From the NCBI RefSeq assembly GCF_009914755.1, contig NC_060930.1: DNA of 64,000 nucleotides; one strand, written 5' to 3'. How positions within the stretch are numbered: position 1 is the stretch's first letter; every line of letters starts with the position of its first letter. Below are positions 16,739 to 30,560 of the stretch, one piece after another. The notes under the pieces were generated by a model. That model was not told where the DNA came from, made no database searches, and was given only the letters and a program-made list of their open reading frames with translations. The translations under genes and the position numbers were made by a program. Source of the DNA: the human T2T-CHM13v2.0 reference genome, Homo sapiens.

Positions 16739-17525
16739 TGAGACAAGAGAGTTCCCTTTACCCCTTCACAGGACTTGCAACAAGGAGGTGGCTCGCTTAC
16801 TTGGCCACCGCCTGCAATCAAACTGCTTGTGGAAGGGTGAGCATGCAGATGAGTGGGTGCCAGGGCAAGTGCTTCTGGGCTTTGTCCCCATGGCAGCGTC
16901 TGGGGTATGTTAAAATTAATGCTCTTGTAGCAGTTGCTGTCTGCAGATGGCTAAGTGTTAACCAGCTCAGTGAAGAGTCAGGGTGACAGCCTTTTACACC
17001 CTGCCTTCTTGGTACCCAAGTTCTTGTTTGGCGTCCGGGAAGAATCAGGTCTCATGAATGGTTTGAAAGGTGATGAACGCGGATGATTTTATTAAGTGGT
17101 GGAAGTAGCCCTCTGCAGAAGGGGAGCTAAAAAGGGGATGGTGTGGGAAGAAGGGGAGATTTCCCAGAAGGCCAGCCAGAGACAGCCGGGCTCCTCTCCG
17201 AAGTTGTGGCATCTGAAGTTAAGCTTCATCTATCCATATTCTCTGACACTCAGTTGCTTCTTCTCCTCTTAACGTTCAGTCACTTGTCCTCCTTTCTCCT
17301 TCTCTGCCGCACCACTCTGCTCCTCTGACAGTGGAATTTGGGGATTTTATGGGTACAGGATGGGGGCATGGCAGGCCAGGGTGGTTTTAGAAAAAGCAAC
17401 ATTAGGGTGGGAAAACAAGGATAACTGTTCTCCTTTAGGGCTGCAGTTTCCAGGCTTGAGGGTGGGGTCTTTGCCAGGGAACCGCCCTCTTCTAGCCAGT
17501 ATTTTCTTGCTTCCTATCTGTATCA
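16739..17525 (-). mobile_element. ERV1 solo LTR (LTR1/LTR27/LTR28 group)
   Basis: TG...CA termini and 4-bp near-TSD CTCT/CTGT. Reverse strand begins TGATACAGATAGGAAGCAAGAAAATACTGGCTAGAAGAGGGCGGTTCCC. PolyA signal seen as TTTATT at ~17088. Confidence 0.8.
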
Positions 17526-17586
17526 CTGTGACCCATTTCAGGCTTATGGTTTTAAGCTATATTTTAATTGGTATTAATATTGCCAC

Positions 17587-18254
17587 TGATATGGTTTGGC
17601 TCTGTGTCCCCACCCAAATCCCATCTGGAATTGTAATCCTCACATGTTGAGGCAGGGACCTGTTGGAAGGTGACTGGATCATGGGGGAGGTTTCACCTAT
17701 GCTGTTCTCCTGATAGTGAAGGGAGTTCTTATGAGATCTGATGGTTTCAAAAGTGGCAGTTTTTCCTGTGCTCTCACTTCTCTCCTGCCACCATGTAAGA
17801 TGTGCCTTACTTCCCCTTCACCCTTCACCATGATGGTAAGTTTCCTGAACTTTGAGTCAATTAAACCTCTTTCCATTAGAAATTACACAGTCTCAGCTGG
17901 GCGCAGTGGCTCACGCCTGTAATCCCAGCACTTTAGGAGGCCAAGGTGGGCAGATCACGAGGTCAGGAGATCAAGACCATCCTGGCTAACACAGTGAAAC
18001 CCCGTCTCTACTAAAAATACAAAAAATTAGCCGGGCATGGTGGCGGGTGCCTGTAGTCCCAGCTACTGAGGAGGTTGAGGCAGGAGAATGGCATGAACCC
18101 AGGAGGCAGAGCTTGTAGTGAGCCAAGATAGCGTCACTGCACTCCAGCCTGGGCAACAGAGCGAGACTCCGTCTCAAAAAAAGAAAAAAAAAGAAAAAGA
18201 AATTACACAGTCTCCATAAGTTTCTTTATAACAGTGTGAGAATGGACTAATACA
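17587..18254 (+). mobile_element. THE1D/MSTA MaLR solo LTR, interrupted by AluY
   Basis: TGATATGGTTTGGCTCTGTGTCCCCACCCAAAT...GAGAATGGACTAATACA; perfect 5-bp TSD GCCAC. Confidence 0.92.
17895..18197 (+). mobile_element. AluY SINE
   Basis: GATCACGAGGTCAGGAGATC, CCTGGCTAACAC, GAATGGCATGAACC; perfect 17-bp TSD AGAAATTACACAGTCTC. Confidence 0.95.
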
Positions 18255-19369
18255 GCCACTTTCTTTTGTCTTCATTATCTTTTCTTTTGTTCTTGTTTTG
18301 TTGCAAATGCCTATCTTTATTTTAAAATAATCCTTGTTATTTTATTTTAGGTATTAATGTTTTATTTTTAAATTCATTCGAGACTACTTGTTTGGATATG
18401 TTGTTGAGATGCTTTAATGAGATGCTACAAAATGCAAAAGTGCTTCCTGTTGTGCAAAGGAAATCAGTGCTCAATAAATGTTAGTTTCCTATATTAATTC
18501 TTTGTTTTCTTTCTCAGAGTTCCATCAAGGGTAAGACTGTATTTTCAGGAAAACCAGACTGGATTGAAATGTAAGGAAACTCTAATCTACTAAATTGTGT
18601 TGCAGCTGGCCTATTTGGGATGGTAATATATTAATACCATTTCTGAGGAGTACTGGAGGTCTAAAGAAAAGGGAGCTATTGAGCAAGAATTTGTCAATAC
18701 TTTTCCCTTGGTATCCAGGACAGGGGCATTTTGTTTCTAGACAATTAGTAAGATTCTATAGACGGACTGACATATCCCTCATGAATATTTCTGTAGAGCT
18801 ACACATTTATACATCCTATAACTGTGTCATAAAATTGCATACCTATAAAAGGAACGGAAATGAAAAAATGCAACAAGAAATAACTTCAGGGAGAGACTAG
18901 TTAGCTGTTTTTTTAAGAACGTTATGTGGAGATTTCTTGATTGTGGTGATCGGGTCATGTTAACAGAGTCTTTTTCGATTCCATTTCTATTTAAAATAGA
19001 TAGGCTAACCATAGAGACCAATTCTCAAAGTATAGTACCAATTAATTCGGTTTTATAGCACAATGCAGTGCAGTAAAAAGAATCTGACACAGCAAAATCT
19101 GCCTAATTAGAATCTGGGTCAGTTCATGTAGGAGTAGATTTTCTACCCTATATTTAAGAAAAGTCTTTTTAAAACATTTTTTACAATAGGCGTATTTTAT
19201 CAGATTATATGTTCATTGTAATATTCAGGCCAGTTCCTTGATAACTGCAAGTTACTACTCCCATCTGAAAGTTTCCTATAATTTCTGCTTTGGTTAATTA
19301 TTTTAATAAAATATTCTTAATAAATTATTAAGATCAATAACCTAACTCAGGGAACAATCATGGAAGGAG

Positions 19370-19515
19370 TCTAAGTATTCATCTAGTTCAACCCTCTCAT
19401 TTTATAAATGAGGAAGCAGAGGTCCAAAGAGATTAAGTAAGTTGCTTCAGGCCATAGAGCTAGTCAGTGTCAGGGGCTACACTGGAATCTATAACTCTGA
19501 TTGTCCAGTACATTG
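19370..19515 (-). mobile_element. MIR SINE
   Basis: CTCATTTTATAAATGAGGAAGCAGAGGTCCAAAGAGATTAAGTAAGTTGC core. Confidence 0.7.
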
Positions 19516-19719
19516 ATTCCACTAATAATGTGGAATGTATATTAGAATGTAAATAAAATGTTTTCCTTGTAAACCATGAAATTAGAAGAGGAACAGCTGT
19601 GAGCATTGAATGAAATGATAAATGTAAAAACAGGTAGCACATTACCAAGTACTTGTGATGTACCCAGTAAAAGTTATTCATGCTCGTATGTCTTCCCTCT
19701 AATTAGAAAAGTTATGATG

Positions 19720-21600
19720 ATACATTCCAGATATACTCAAGATTCTGTTTGAGAAGTGCTACCAGCACTAACGAGACTAGCACCTGTGTAACATTCCAAG
19801 ATCCCATACCATTTCCCACCAAATTAACTTTAATTTAATATTTAATGTTTCAGTATATTTCTTTTTGATTTCTTTATAATTACATATGTACGTATCAAAA
19901 AACATTATATTATTTTATATGCTTTAAACCCTATATAACATGCTATTATGTATTTCGACAACTGCTCTTTTTTACATTCTGCATTATGTTTAGGGGATTT
20001 ATTTAGGTTGATTTAATTACTTCTAGCTTATTCATTCCTTTTCATTGCTGTACAACATTCAGGTCCATGAAGATTCACAATGTAATCACCTGATCTTCTA
20101 TTAATAGTCTTTTATAGGTAGTCTGCTACTTTTTCCATACAAACAATCCTGCCATAAACATTTGTGTATGTTTCCTTGTACATATGTGCAACAATTTCTC
20201 CAGGGTATAGTATTAAGAATGTAATTGCCAAGTTGAAGATATATGCATCTTCAACTTAGCTAAATATTGCCAAACTACTGTCCAAAGTTGGTTATGCCAA
20301 TATAGATTCCCACTTGCAGTGTGTAAGAGATCCTGTTGATCTACATCTCTGCCAAGTCTTGGAATTGTCAGACTGACATTTTTAGCAATCTGAAGGGTGT
20401 GAGATTACATCTTATTGTGATTTTAGTTTTCATTTCCTTAGTTAATAGTGTTAACAAATCCACTGAAAAGGAAACAAAAATGTTTTAAATTAAAGAGACT
20501 TTGTTGCAGCAAGCAGTTTGCAAACCAGGGAGATGCAGCCTTCAGTACAAAACAGAGGTACACTCCGCCAGAACAAAGACAGAAGTTGCTTTTTATAGAG
20601 AAAGTTGTCACCCAGGTTTCCGCTTGTCTGCTGTGCAAATAAGGGGTGGCTGATTATTTGTTCTGATTGGTTGATGTTAAGATTTATCACAGGTTACAGT
20701 CTAGTGGTTAGGTCCAGGTGCCAGAATCTAGTGGTTAGGTCCAGGAACTTTCTGGCAGTGTTGATTGAGGCAGTGTAAACAGGAACAGATAGCTATGAGA
20801 GTCCCAAAGTTCCCCTAGCCTGTGGTTTTTCTGAGAATGCAGGATATGTGTGTGGTCTCTAGTCAGCAAATGGATACTTGGCTGCATTTTGAATTTAAGC
20901 CCAATTAGTCGCTCAGGATCCACCTTGAAGGATTGGCTGTTTTGGAGTTGACAACAGAAAGGATAACCAACTTTTCACATTTATTGGCCTTTAGTGTTTT
21001 CTTCTTTTTTGAATTGGCCACTGGTATTTGCTGCTCATTTTTAGTGGGTTACTTACATTTATTTCATATTGAGTTTTAGAAATTTTAAAGAGTTTATGGT
21101 CTGGTAATTACTCCTTTGTGGGGCCTAATGTGTGAAAATACCCTCTGCCAATTTATGCTTTGCCTTTGAGCTGTCTATGTTGTCTTTTGTTGTGAAGAAG
21201 TTTTAAATTTTAATATTTATTTGTCTTTATATTTGGGTATTTTTAAGAACCCATTTTCCATGTTAAGGTAACAGAAGTATTCTCTGACATCTATAAATAT
21301 AAAATGTTTACTTTCCATATTTCTGCCTTTGGTCCACCTGGAATTCATTTGTGAACATTGGCTGGAGTAGGACTCCAAGTTATTTACCTCCTATTAAGTT
21401 AATACATCCTATTGAGATAGAACCCAATTTTTCCAGGACTATTTCTTGATTCATTTCCCCACTGCTCTGTAATGTGATATCTATGTAATTCTGTTCCTTG
21501 ATTTAATTAATTCTATTTATTTGTTTATCCCTGCCCTAATACCATGCTGTCATGATTTCTGTAGTTTTATAATTAATATCTTAATCTCTCGTAGGGCTAG
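19720..21600 (-). mobile_element. Ancient L1ME-type relic split by an LTR
   Basis: Antisense L1M 3'/ORF2-like text on both sides of the 20449-20953 LTR; boundaries approximate. Confidence 0.65.
20449..20953 (-). mobile_element. ERV1-class solo LTR (subfamily not assigned)
   Basis: TG...CA termini, near-TSD ATAG/ACAG. Reverse-strand CCAAT boxes (TGATTGGTTG) and TATA (TTTTTATAG). Starts ...AGCCAATCCTTCAAGGTGGATCC on the minus strand. Confidence 0.75.
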
Positions 21601-22621
21601 TCACCCTTTATTCTAGTTATAGTGTGAATGTTGACTTCTCATATTAACACAAGCAAAAGTTTCAGACATGTTTCAGACCTCATGAAAGACTGTCAGATAA
21701 CTAGTCAGTACGGGGTTGTGGCAAAAGCATGGAGTACTGACTCAGGGACCATGAGAAGTGGTGCAATATTCACAAACGCTCTGGGGTTCAGTTTCCTCAT
21801 CCTTAAAAATGAATTAACATGGATTGGCTTGTAAAAGTTGCTATTTTGAGATAGTGAGGGCAGGAAGGATGATGGAAAAGAGGAAGGTTTTTACAAAACA
21901 AGGAAGTACTCCATTTTAGGGGACCTCTCTGGGTAGGTATCTATAGCTAGAGAGGGCACAAATGGGCCTCTGGAAAGGACAGACCTGGCAGATCATGTTT
22001 AAAACATCTGCAGAGAAGCGCTTTCCAATTGGAATATAGATGGCTTACCTGGTGCTTAATGAGAAAGAATAGAATGTCTCCATGGATGGGCTATAGAGTG
22101 AGCTACTTAGCTGTAACATGAAACAGAGGTACAGCTATAAGAATCTAATGGTTTTGGAGGCCATAAGTTGAATTAAATATCTATACATTCTTGTGTTTAT
22201 GCAGCTGGTCCTTGAGATTTCCTTTCCCTAGGAAAATAGCCATTGTACCTCACACAGCTGACAGTGTGTGTCTTATAAAACCCGACAGTGGGAGTGCCAC
22301 CTACGCAATCCAAGGAAGGGAAGCACTTTGATCTTTATGATGCGGTGGTGGAGAGTATTAATAGCAAATGTGATTCCCCAGTTAGAACTTCCATGACAAA
22401 TTTTACCATATATAGAAACTCTTGACCATCTTATTTTCTTAAGGTACTAATTGGTTTCTTTATTTTAAAGCTACAGAGCCCAGACCAATGTCGATACTGT
22501 TAACACCACTTTAACAGCCAGCTCTGTATCAACTCAGGGTTCCTACTGATGAGTAGAGAAAAATGAGACAGAATTTCCAGCAATGTGTATTAAAGACAAC
22601 TGAAATTTAAAAGCCATTTTT

Positions 22622-22920
22622 GGCCTGGCATGGTGGCTCACGCCTGTAATCCCACACTTTGGGAGGCCAAGGCAAGTGGATCACTTGAGGTCAGGAGTTG
22701 GAGACCAGTCTAGCCAACATGGTGAAACCCCATCTCTACTGAAAATACAAAAAGTAGCTGGGCGTGGTGGTGCATGCCTGTAATCCCAGCTACTTGGGAG
22801 GCTGAGGCAGGAGAATCGCTTGAACCCAGCGGGGCAGCGGTTGCAGTGAGCCGAGATCGCACTATTGCACTCCAGGCTGGGTGACAGAATGAAACTCTGT
22901 CTCAAAAATAAATAAATAAA
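22622..22920 (+). mobile_element. AluS (Sx-like) SINE
   Basis: Dimeric Alu with (TAAA)n tail; TSD TAAAAGCCATTTT. Confidence 0.95.
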
Positions 22921-23403
22921 TAAAAGCCATTTTGTCCTACTTTGAGGGCCTACAAAAAGGTGTTGAAATCTTATAAATTAAAAAATAAATGAGGTCTATA
23001 AATTGCCTATAAAACACCTAACCTTTATTGTCTCACTTGTTACTTCCAACAAACCTGTGAGATAGGTTGTCTTCTTCATTTTATAGGTAAGAAAATAAGG
23101 TACAGATGAACTTGCATAAATAATCAAGTTAATAAAGCAGAGCTAGGATTTAATCCCAGGTGACTTCTTGAAAGGATGAAGTCTTGACCACTAGGTGTTG
23201 CTTCCTGTGTGAATTAAAAAGCTGTTGGGCTTTTTTTTTTTTTTAACTTTGTGCAATTTTTAATGATTTTTATTCCTTTTAACATATCCAACATCCTTGT
23301 TTTTATTTCATGGCAATGGTGTTGAGTTGTGAATGTTCTAATAGAGAAGCCAGTCTAGCAGTCTGAACTCAAACTTGCCATCAATGTTCATACAGTGAGA
23401 AAG

Positions 23404-23784
23404 TGTTATGGTTTGGCTCTGTGTCCCCACCCAAATCTCATGTTGAATTGTAATTTCCAATGCTGGGGGCAAGATGTGGTGGGAGGTTATTGGATCATGC
23501 GGGTGGATTTCCCCCATGCTGTTCTCATGATAGTGAGTTCTCACGTACTCTGATGTTTTAAAAATATGTGACACTTCCCCCTACACTTTCTTTCTCTCCT
23601 GCCGCCACGTGAAGAAGGTACTTGCTTCCCCTTTACCCTTCCACCATGATTGTAAGTTTCCTGAGGCCTCCTCAACAATGCTTCCTGTACAGCCTGAAGA
23701 ACTGTGAGTCAATTAAACCTCTTTCTTGATAAATTACCCTGTCTCAGGTAGTTCATTATAGCAGTGTGAGAACAGATTAATACA
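23404..23784 (+). mobile_element. MSTA/THE1D MaLR solo LTR
   Basis: TGTTATGGTTTGGCTCTGTGTCCCCACCCAAATCTCATG...AACAGATTAATACA; perfect TSD GAAAG. Confidence 0.92.
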
Positions 23785-23889
23785 GAAAGTATCCTCAATT
23801 TTTGGTGCATTCATTTTACATTCACATAGTTCCCTGAGCTTTATTCCATAATTTCACTAACTGTTCTCTGTAGCATGTGTGGGATCCTT

Positions 23890-24012
23890 CTACTAGACAG
23901 GAGGCATGTTGAGGGCAAGGACTGTCATTTTCTCTGCTTTATACTCCCAGGAATTAGCCCTGTTCCTGATACATAGTAGGCACTTAATAAATGTTTGCTG
24001 AGTGAATAATGA
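23890..24012 (+). mobile_element. L2 3' end
   Basis: TGAGGGCAAGGACTGTC...ACATAGTAGGCACTTAATAAATGTTTGCTGAGTGAAT. Confidence 0.75.
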
Positions 24013-25865
24013 AGGGAAACTCCACCTTAAATTCTTTTCAAATTCTTCACTTTACCAATAATATAACTGGGGCAGAAATCAGCAAAGTCGACTTACCAAA
24101 GATCTACATTTATTGTGTGGTAGACACAAGGCCCCTCGAGTCCAGAATCTATGCCTAGTGCTGTTTTCTCCATGGATAACTAAAATCTATGAGTACAAAT
24201 AGGAAGAAAGAGAGAGTCTGCCTATAGAGTGAAAATTGCAGATATATTCTGTTACCTAGCGACATCATGAGAAGTGTTTCAGTTTCATCTCTCATAAAAA
24301 CAAAGGACACCATTGTTAGTATCTGACTCACATCAGTGCTGTGACAACGCAAGGTGTCTCAGCACCTGGAAGAAACCAGCAGCATTAGTAAGTGTTCCCA
24401 TTATAGAACCACTAATGAGGCAATTTGTTAAACCAGCATCCCCCTGCAAACCAAAATCAGACAAATGAGCTGGTACATTTGAAGGTTCAGAAAAAACAAA
24501 TTCTCAGTAGAAATAGAAATGAGTCTATGCCAGGTATTTGTGACACATTAAATTCATCTGAGGCAATTATCATGACTCATCATCAAATGGAAAACCTAGG
24601 ATATCCGGCCTGTTCTGCTGGAAAAAGTGGTTGTGAGGGTGCCAGCAGGTAGGATGGTTTTATTTGGGAGGACTCTCCCTTCTCCTAATCCACTGAGTAA
24701 CAATGCATGACCAGTAATATTTTCAAAGGAACTGTAAGGAAATTGTATTGATACTTATGTTCTGATATGATGAATTAGCAGACGAAGTAATTTCTTAACC
24801 TGACACTCAAGTCTTCTATGATCTGATGGCCACAAGTACCTCTGTACCCCGTAATACTCATTTTACTGAGAGAATATCTGCATCTCTTTACTCATGCTGT
24901 CTCCTACCTTGCCAACCTAACCTCCTCCTGTGCATCCACCTATAAGACCCCACTCTTGGAAATACTGGGACTTACGCCCTCCTCCTACACTCAGTACTGA
25001 CCTAGATTCCAGCTTCAGCAACTCTAGCAACACTGCCCTTAACCTTTTGCCTTTGGAAACTTGGCAGCATCATCTTCGAAGGATCCAAACCCAGGCTCAA
25101 GTCCAGTGAGTTTTCTCTGGTCCTGTGCCTGAGCAGCCCAGCTGGCACAGCATGGGTAGAGACCACCTGTTTCCTGTCAGCTTCCCAATCCCCCTTCAAA
25201 GTACTCAATAAATGTGTGCTGCTAGGTGATGTGACACAGAGAGGGTTTTGTCGGATAGAAGAATGCTGCCACACATCTATTTTTACTTGACTTATTTAAC
25301 AGTTTGGAAGGACATGCACAATTGCTCTACACAGTATAGATCTGGCCACCCAAGAGATGGCTCAGACTCACCAGGGGACAGGGGACAGCCAGTGCTGAGG
25401 AGTGCCTGCCTTTCTGCTCCTGGCTACACTGTGTCCCAGAAAAGACATTTTCTCACAGCCAAAAAGCAAGCAGTCACATCCCTGAAAAAGATATTTTTCT
25501 TAACTCTGCACCTAGAAAATCATTTGGAGGATGGTACTAGCAAGGACTGCTAGCTCTTACAGACAGATGACCTCAGAGAAGAGCAGGGGACTGAGGGGGG
25601 TGGAAATCCTGTGGTCTAAGTCTTAGCTTAGACTCTAATTGAGATGATAGAACTGTTACTTAACTAGCAGTTTCTTTTTGTCTCTTCTTTTATAAAATAA
25701 GGAAAATAAAATCCACCCTATTTGACAGATGGGCAAACTAAAGATAAAATCAATAATATATGTGAACTGACTATGGGATTGCAAAAAGCACAATGGATTG
25801 GGACATTGTTGAGATAATAATTGTTGCAGAAAGATATGGAACGTATCTTTCCAAAAGCCCAAATG

Positions 25866-26241
<376 letters not shown>

Positions 26242-27413
26242 TTACATAAATTATGCTACTTAATCCTTACATTGACATCAAATTATGCGTGATTATTTTT
26301 TCCATTTAAAAAAATGAGAAAACTGAATTCCAATGAGGTCAATCTACTTAAGACAGCTCAGCTGGTTACAAGATATTAACTGAAGTCTTTTGACTCTCAT
26401 TTTCTTTTTACAATACTACTGTTTCAAGAAAGGGATTGCAGAAAAAGTTGGATTAAAAGCATTACATTTAATACTTTGTTATTTGTGCTAGACAAAAATG
26501 TCCTATGGGCATATAATATCCTCAGATCCCTTTCATAAACCAAATTATCCTTGAAAATTATTAAAAGATTGCATTCAGATTCATGTGTCTGTTAGGCTGA
26601 TTAATATTTCCTACAGAGGCTATTAACTACCATAAAGAACATTTCCACCATTTTGCTAACTAAATAGACTTCTTCATTATGAAAACAAAAATGATATACG
26701 GAATTAGATGGCAGCTTTAATAATTACAACTAAAACCATATGTAAAGATACAGATGAAATAAATCTAAATGAAATCATTTTTCAGGCAGGTTGTATAAAA
26801 CATCAGTAGCCTTTTAAGAATAATAGGTTTGCTTGATGATGGTTCTTAAATATAGGCTCATTAGGTGTCTTATTATTGACAAGTAAGAATATAGTACAAA
26901 TCTTAGAATACTGTGTATATTTTTAAGTATAATTTTTTAATTAATAAAGTACATTTGGTATTTGAATGAGTAAGGTCAGGGCTAAGGGATCTGTTTTGCT
27001 CATCACATGAAAAAAAAAAAAGATTATTCATCCATTCCCTGTCCTCAGGGAGAGTGAAATATGGGAAAATTAAATGGTACTTGGCAGATGACATTTCTGA
27101 AGCCTGGTAACAGAAATGGTAGAATAAACATTCACAGAAGCCCCTCCTATGCCATAGGAAACTTGTTCTAATAGGATCATCCCGAAGATCCTGATGATGT
27201 GTCTCATCACTCTTTATTGCCCTCATTAGTCACAAATTAGATTACAGAATCAGCATTTAGTAAATCTCAGCCTCCTTCCTTTCCCAAACTAGCGACTCAT
27301 CCTCGAGTTTAAGAAAGAACACAGGAAGGAAAGAAGGCAATATCCCTCTCTGCTATCTTTGCTGAAGCTAGAAAACTGACAACAATGTCTTTTATTTCTT
27401 GAAGTAAATAGCA

Positions 27414-27982
27414 TGTCAAATTATTAATCAGGTTTTTTATTTTCTATATCTTACGATGCTTTGATATCTTGGGGAGTCTTGCTAATATGGAGAGACTGCC
27501 CCTCCAGGGGTCAGCTAATTCCTGGAAATAGCACAAGATTTCCCACCCCGTTCCCCCACCTTGCCAACACATTTTTCATAAGCAAACTAACCAATCCAGA
27601 TATCCCCACGGTCTCCTTTATCTAACTGACACACCAAGCCAATGTTTCCCTGCCCTGAATCATTCCAGGGCCAGGTTTTAGAAGACTAGAAACCATCTCT
27701 ATAGCCCAGAGCCCACCAAAATTAAACTACCCAATCTTCAGCTGTTCACCCTGTTCTGCACTCCTGTGGGAACCACATTAAAGGCCTGTGGTCATGTTTT
27801 CCCTCCTCTTCCTGCCTTCCGACTGACCTGGTGCTTCCCCATGTGACCCTGCATGGTGTGGCATATGCCCCCTTCTCTTGGGGACTCTGAGTACTACAAC
27901 TTTTCTTTCAAAGGCAGTTGTTCTGCACCAGTCACCTTATCATACATGATTAAAACACATCCCAGGTACAAATCTCGAGGCA
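27414..27982 (+). mobile_element. ERVL solo LTR (MER74/LTR53-like)
   Basis: TTTTATTTTCT...GATGCTTTGATATCTTGGGG...GGAGAGACTGCCCCTCCAGGG...AACTAACCAATCCAGA; TG...CA ends. Confidence 0.75.
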
Positions 27983-28231
27983 CTTATATAGATGTTCTGT
28001 CGTGATGACTGTATGGAGAAAGGGGAAGAGCAGTCAAGTCCCAGTTTCTAATTCCAGCTATTTTACAGAATGTATGGCCTTAAGCAACTCTCCAAGATTC
28101 AGGAAGAGCAAGAGATCTGGACAATAAGTAATTTGTGAATCAGTGGATGAAACTAGATAATCTCTGCCTAATTTCAGAGTTAAAATTCTATCATTATGTA
28201 TACATAAAAAACTTTATCTAAAAAGCTAAAA

Positions 28232-28871
28232 GTGTCATTATCACACTGCTGATAATGACATACCCAAGACTGGGTAATTTATAAAGAAAAAGAGATTTAA
28301 TGGATCCCTAGTTCCACATGGCTGGGAGGCCTCACAACCATGATGGAAGGTGAAAGGCACATCTTACATGGCAGCAAGCAAGAGAGAATGAGAACCAAGG
28401 GAAAAGGGAAACCCTTGGGAGGCCAAGGTGGGCGGATCACGAGGTCAGGAGATCAAGACCATCCTGGCTAATGCGGTGAAACCCCGTCTCTACTAAAAAT
28501 ACAAAAAATTAGCCAGGCGTAGTGGTGGGCGCCTGTAGTCCCAGTACTGGGGAGGCTGAGGCAGGAGAATGGCGTGAACCCAGGAGGCAGAGCTTGCAGT
28601 GAGCCGAGATTGCGCCACTGCACTCCAGCCTGGGTGACAGAGTGAGACTACATCTCAAAAAAAAAAAAAAAAGAGAGAAGAAAAACAAAAGGGAAATCCC
28701 TTATAAAATCACTAGATCTCGTGAGACTTATTCATTACTACAAGAACAGTATTGGGGAAACCGCCCCCATGATTCAATTGTCTCTCACCAGGTCCCTCAC
28801 CCAACATCTGGGAATTATGGGAGCTACAATTCAACATGAGATTTGGGTGGGGACACAGGCAAACCATATCA
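28232..28871 (-). mobile_element. THE1 (B/C-like) solo LTR, interrupted by AluY
   Basis: ACATACCCAAGACTGGGTAATTTATAAAG...GAGATTTGGGTGGGGACACAGGCAAACCATATCA. Confidence 0.9.
28415..28686 (+). mobile_element. 5'-truncated AluY
   Basis: Begins at TTGGGAGGCC, so the first ~38 nt are missing. AluY diagnostics present. TSD AAAAGGGAAACCC / AAAAGGGAAATCCC. Confidence 0.93.
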
Positions 28872-29477
28872 CTTACCATCATTAAATTAATATTTTTAAA
28901 TTTAAGATGCTATTGCTAAATTCAAACTCACCAATGAGTTACCAAGCCCCCTTGCAGAGTGATTCCCAGGACTAGGTGATTATCAATATATCATCTGATG
29001 AACTGTGTAAAATTGCATATGCCCAGGCCTTGCCCACAGCCTCTCAGCAAAGATCTATGATGGTGGGCCCCAGAATAGGTTTATTATAAAAGCTCTTTCT
29101 ATGACTTTAATGATCTGCTAGGTTGGGCACTACTGCTTTAACAGTAATTCTAAAATTATTATTTCACAACCACAACTCTTTCAAGAACTTGGATCCAAGT
29201 CAAGAGACAACAAACTGAATTTTTCAGAAAGGATTGTTTACATTTTACAGGCAAAAATAACAGTAACAGCAATCCGAGATTTCTGGGATACAGGTTGTTA
29301 AGTGACTTCTAAAAGGTCAATGAACAGGTGAGTAGCAGAGGTGGGCATGAGCCAAATTCTGACTTCAAATCCAGTGCTTTATCCACTATATCACCAAACC
29401 ATCTTATCATTCCAATTTACGTGATAACTACTTAATCAAGCACCTATTATGTCAAAGACACCATCCTATCATATGCA

Positions 29478-29730
29478 GTAGTAGTTAACATGTTTTTGAG
29501 TTCTGACTATGTGCTGAGCACCATTTTAGGCACTTAACAAAAATTATTTAATCCACAGAACAAACCTATGGGGTAGATATTAATACTATCCCAATTTTAT
29601 ACATGGAACAAACATAGAACAGAAAGGATATGCAACTTGCCCAGGGCCACACAGCTAGTAAGGGACAAGGTTAAAATTAAAGCCCAGGTGGTCAGCTCCA
29701 AAACCTGAGCTCTTTAAACACTATGCAATA
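29478..29730 (-). mobile_element. MIR SINE (near full length)
   Basis: CTATGTGCTGAGCACC...TATCCCAATTTTATACATGG...AACTTGCCCAGGGCCACACAGCTAGTAAG. Confidence 0.8.
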
Positions 29731-29899
29731 TTGTGTAGAGAGCATTTGTCGAATATTCTAGAATTGAGGGTGCTATATGTAATGTATTACCTTCTTTAAT
29801 CCTCCTGGAGAAATGAAACAGGCTCAGGCTCTTGAGTCACTAACCCAAAATCACATGGAGTGGTGAAGAAATTGTTTTACTACTGTGTAACTTAGGACT

Positions 29900-30201
<302 letters not shown>

Positions 30202-30560
30202 ATAACTTAGGACTCTTTTCGATGTGTCAACACATTCAATAGTAATGGACTTAAACAAAAAAGGAATATACTGGCTCAATAACCGGAAAGTCCAGGGATA
30301 AAATGATGTGACCGGAACACGATTTTCTTGGGCTGTGCTTCAGCTACCTCTGTGTTGATTTCATTCTCTGTCCCCACACGGAGCTCCATGGGAAGACCCC
30401 CTTAATCAGAAAACAATCTACTTCCCAATAGCTAAAAAGAAAAAGGTTTTACCCTGAGACTATGCACCTACTACTGAAACAATCATGCAGGGTGTGTAAT
30501 ATAATGACTGGCTTAGCCCAGATACAGAGACTGAGAGCCAAAAATAAGAGATGCCAACTG
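30202..30560 (-). mobile_element. Old MLT1 (J/K-like) LTR relic
   Basis: TTAGGACTCTTT...GACTTAAACAAAAAAGGAATATACTGGCTC...GGAAAGTCCAGGG...CTGAAACAATCA. Confidence 0.55.
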
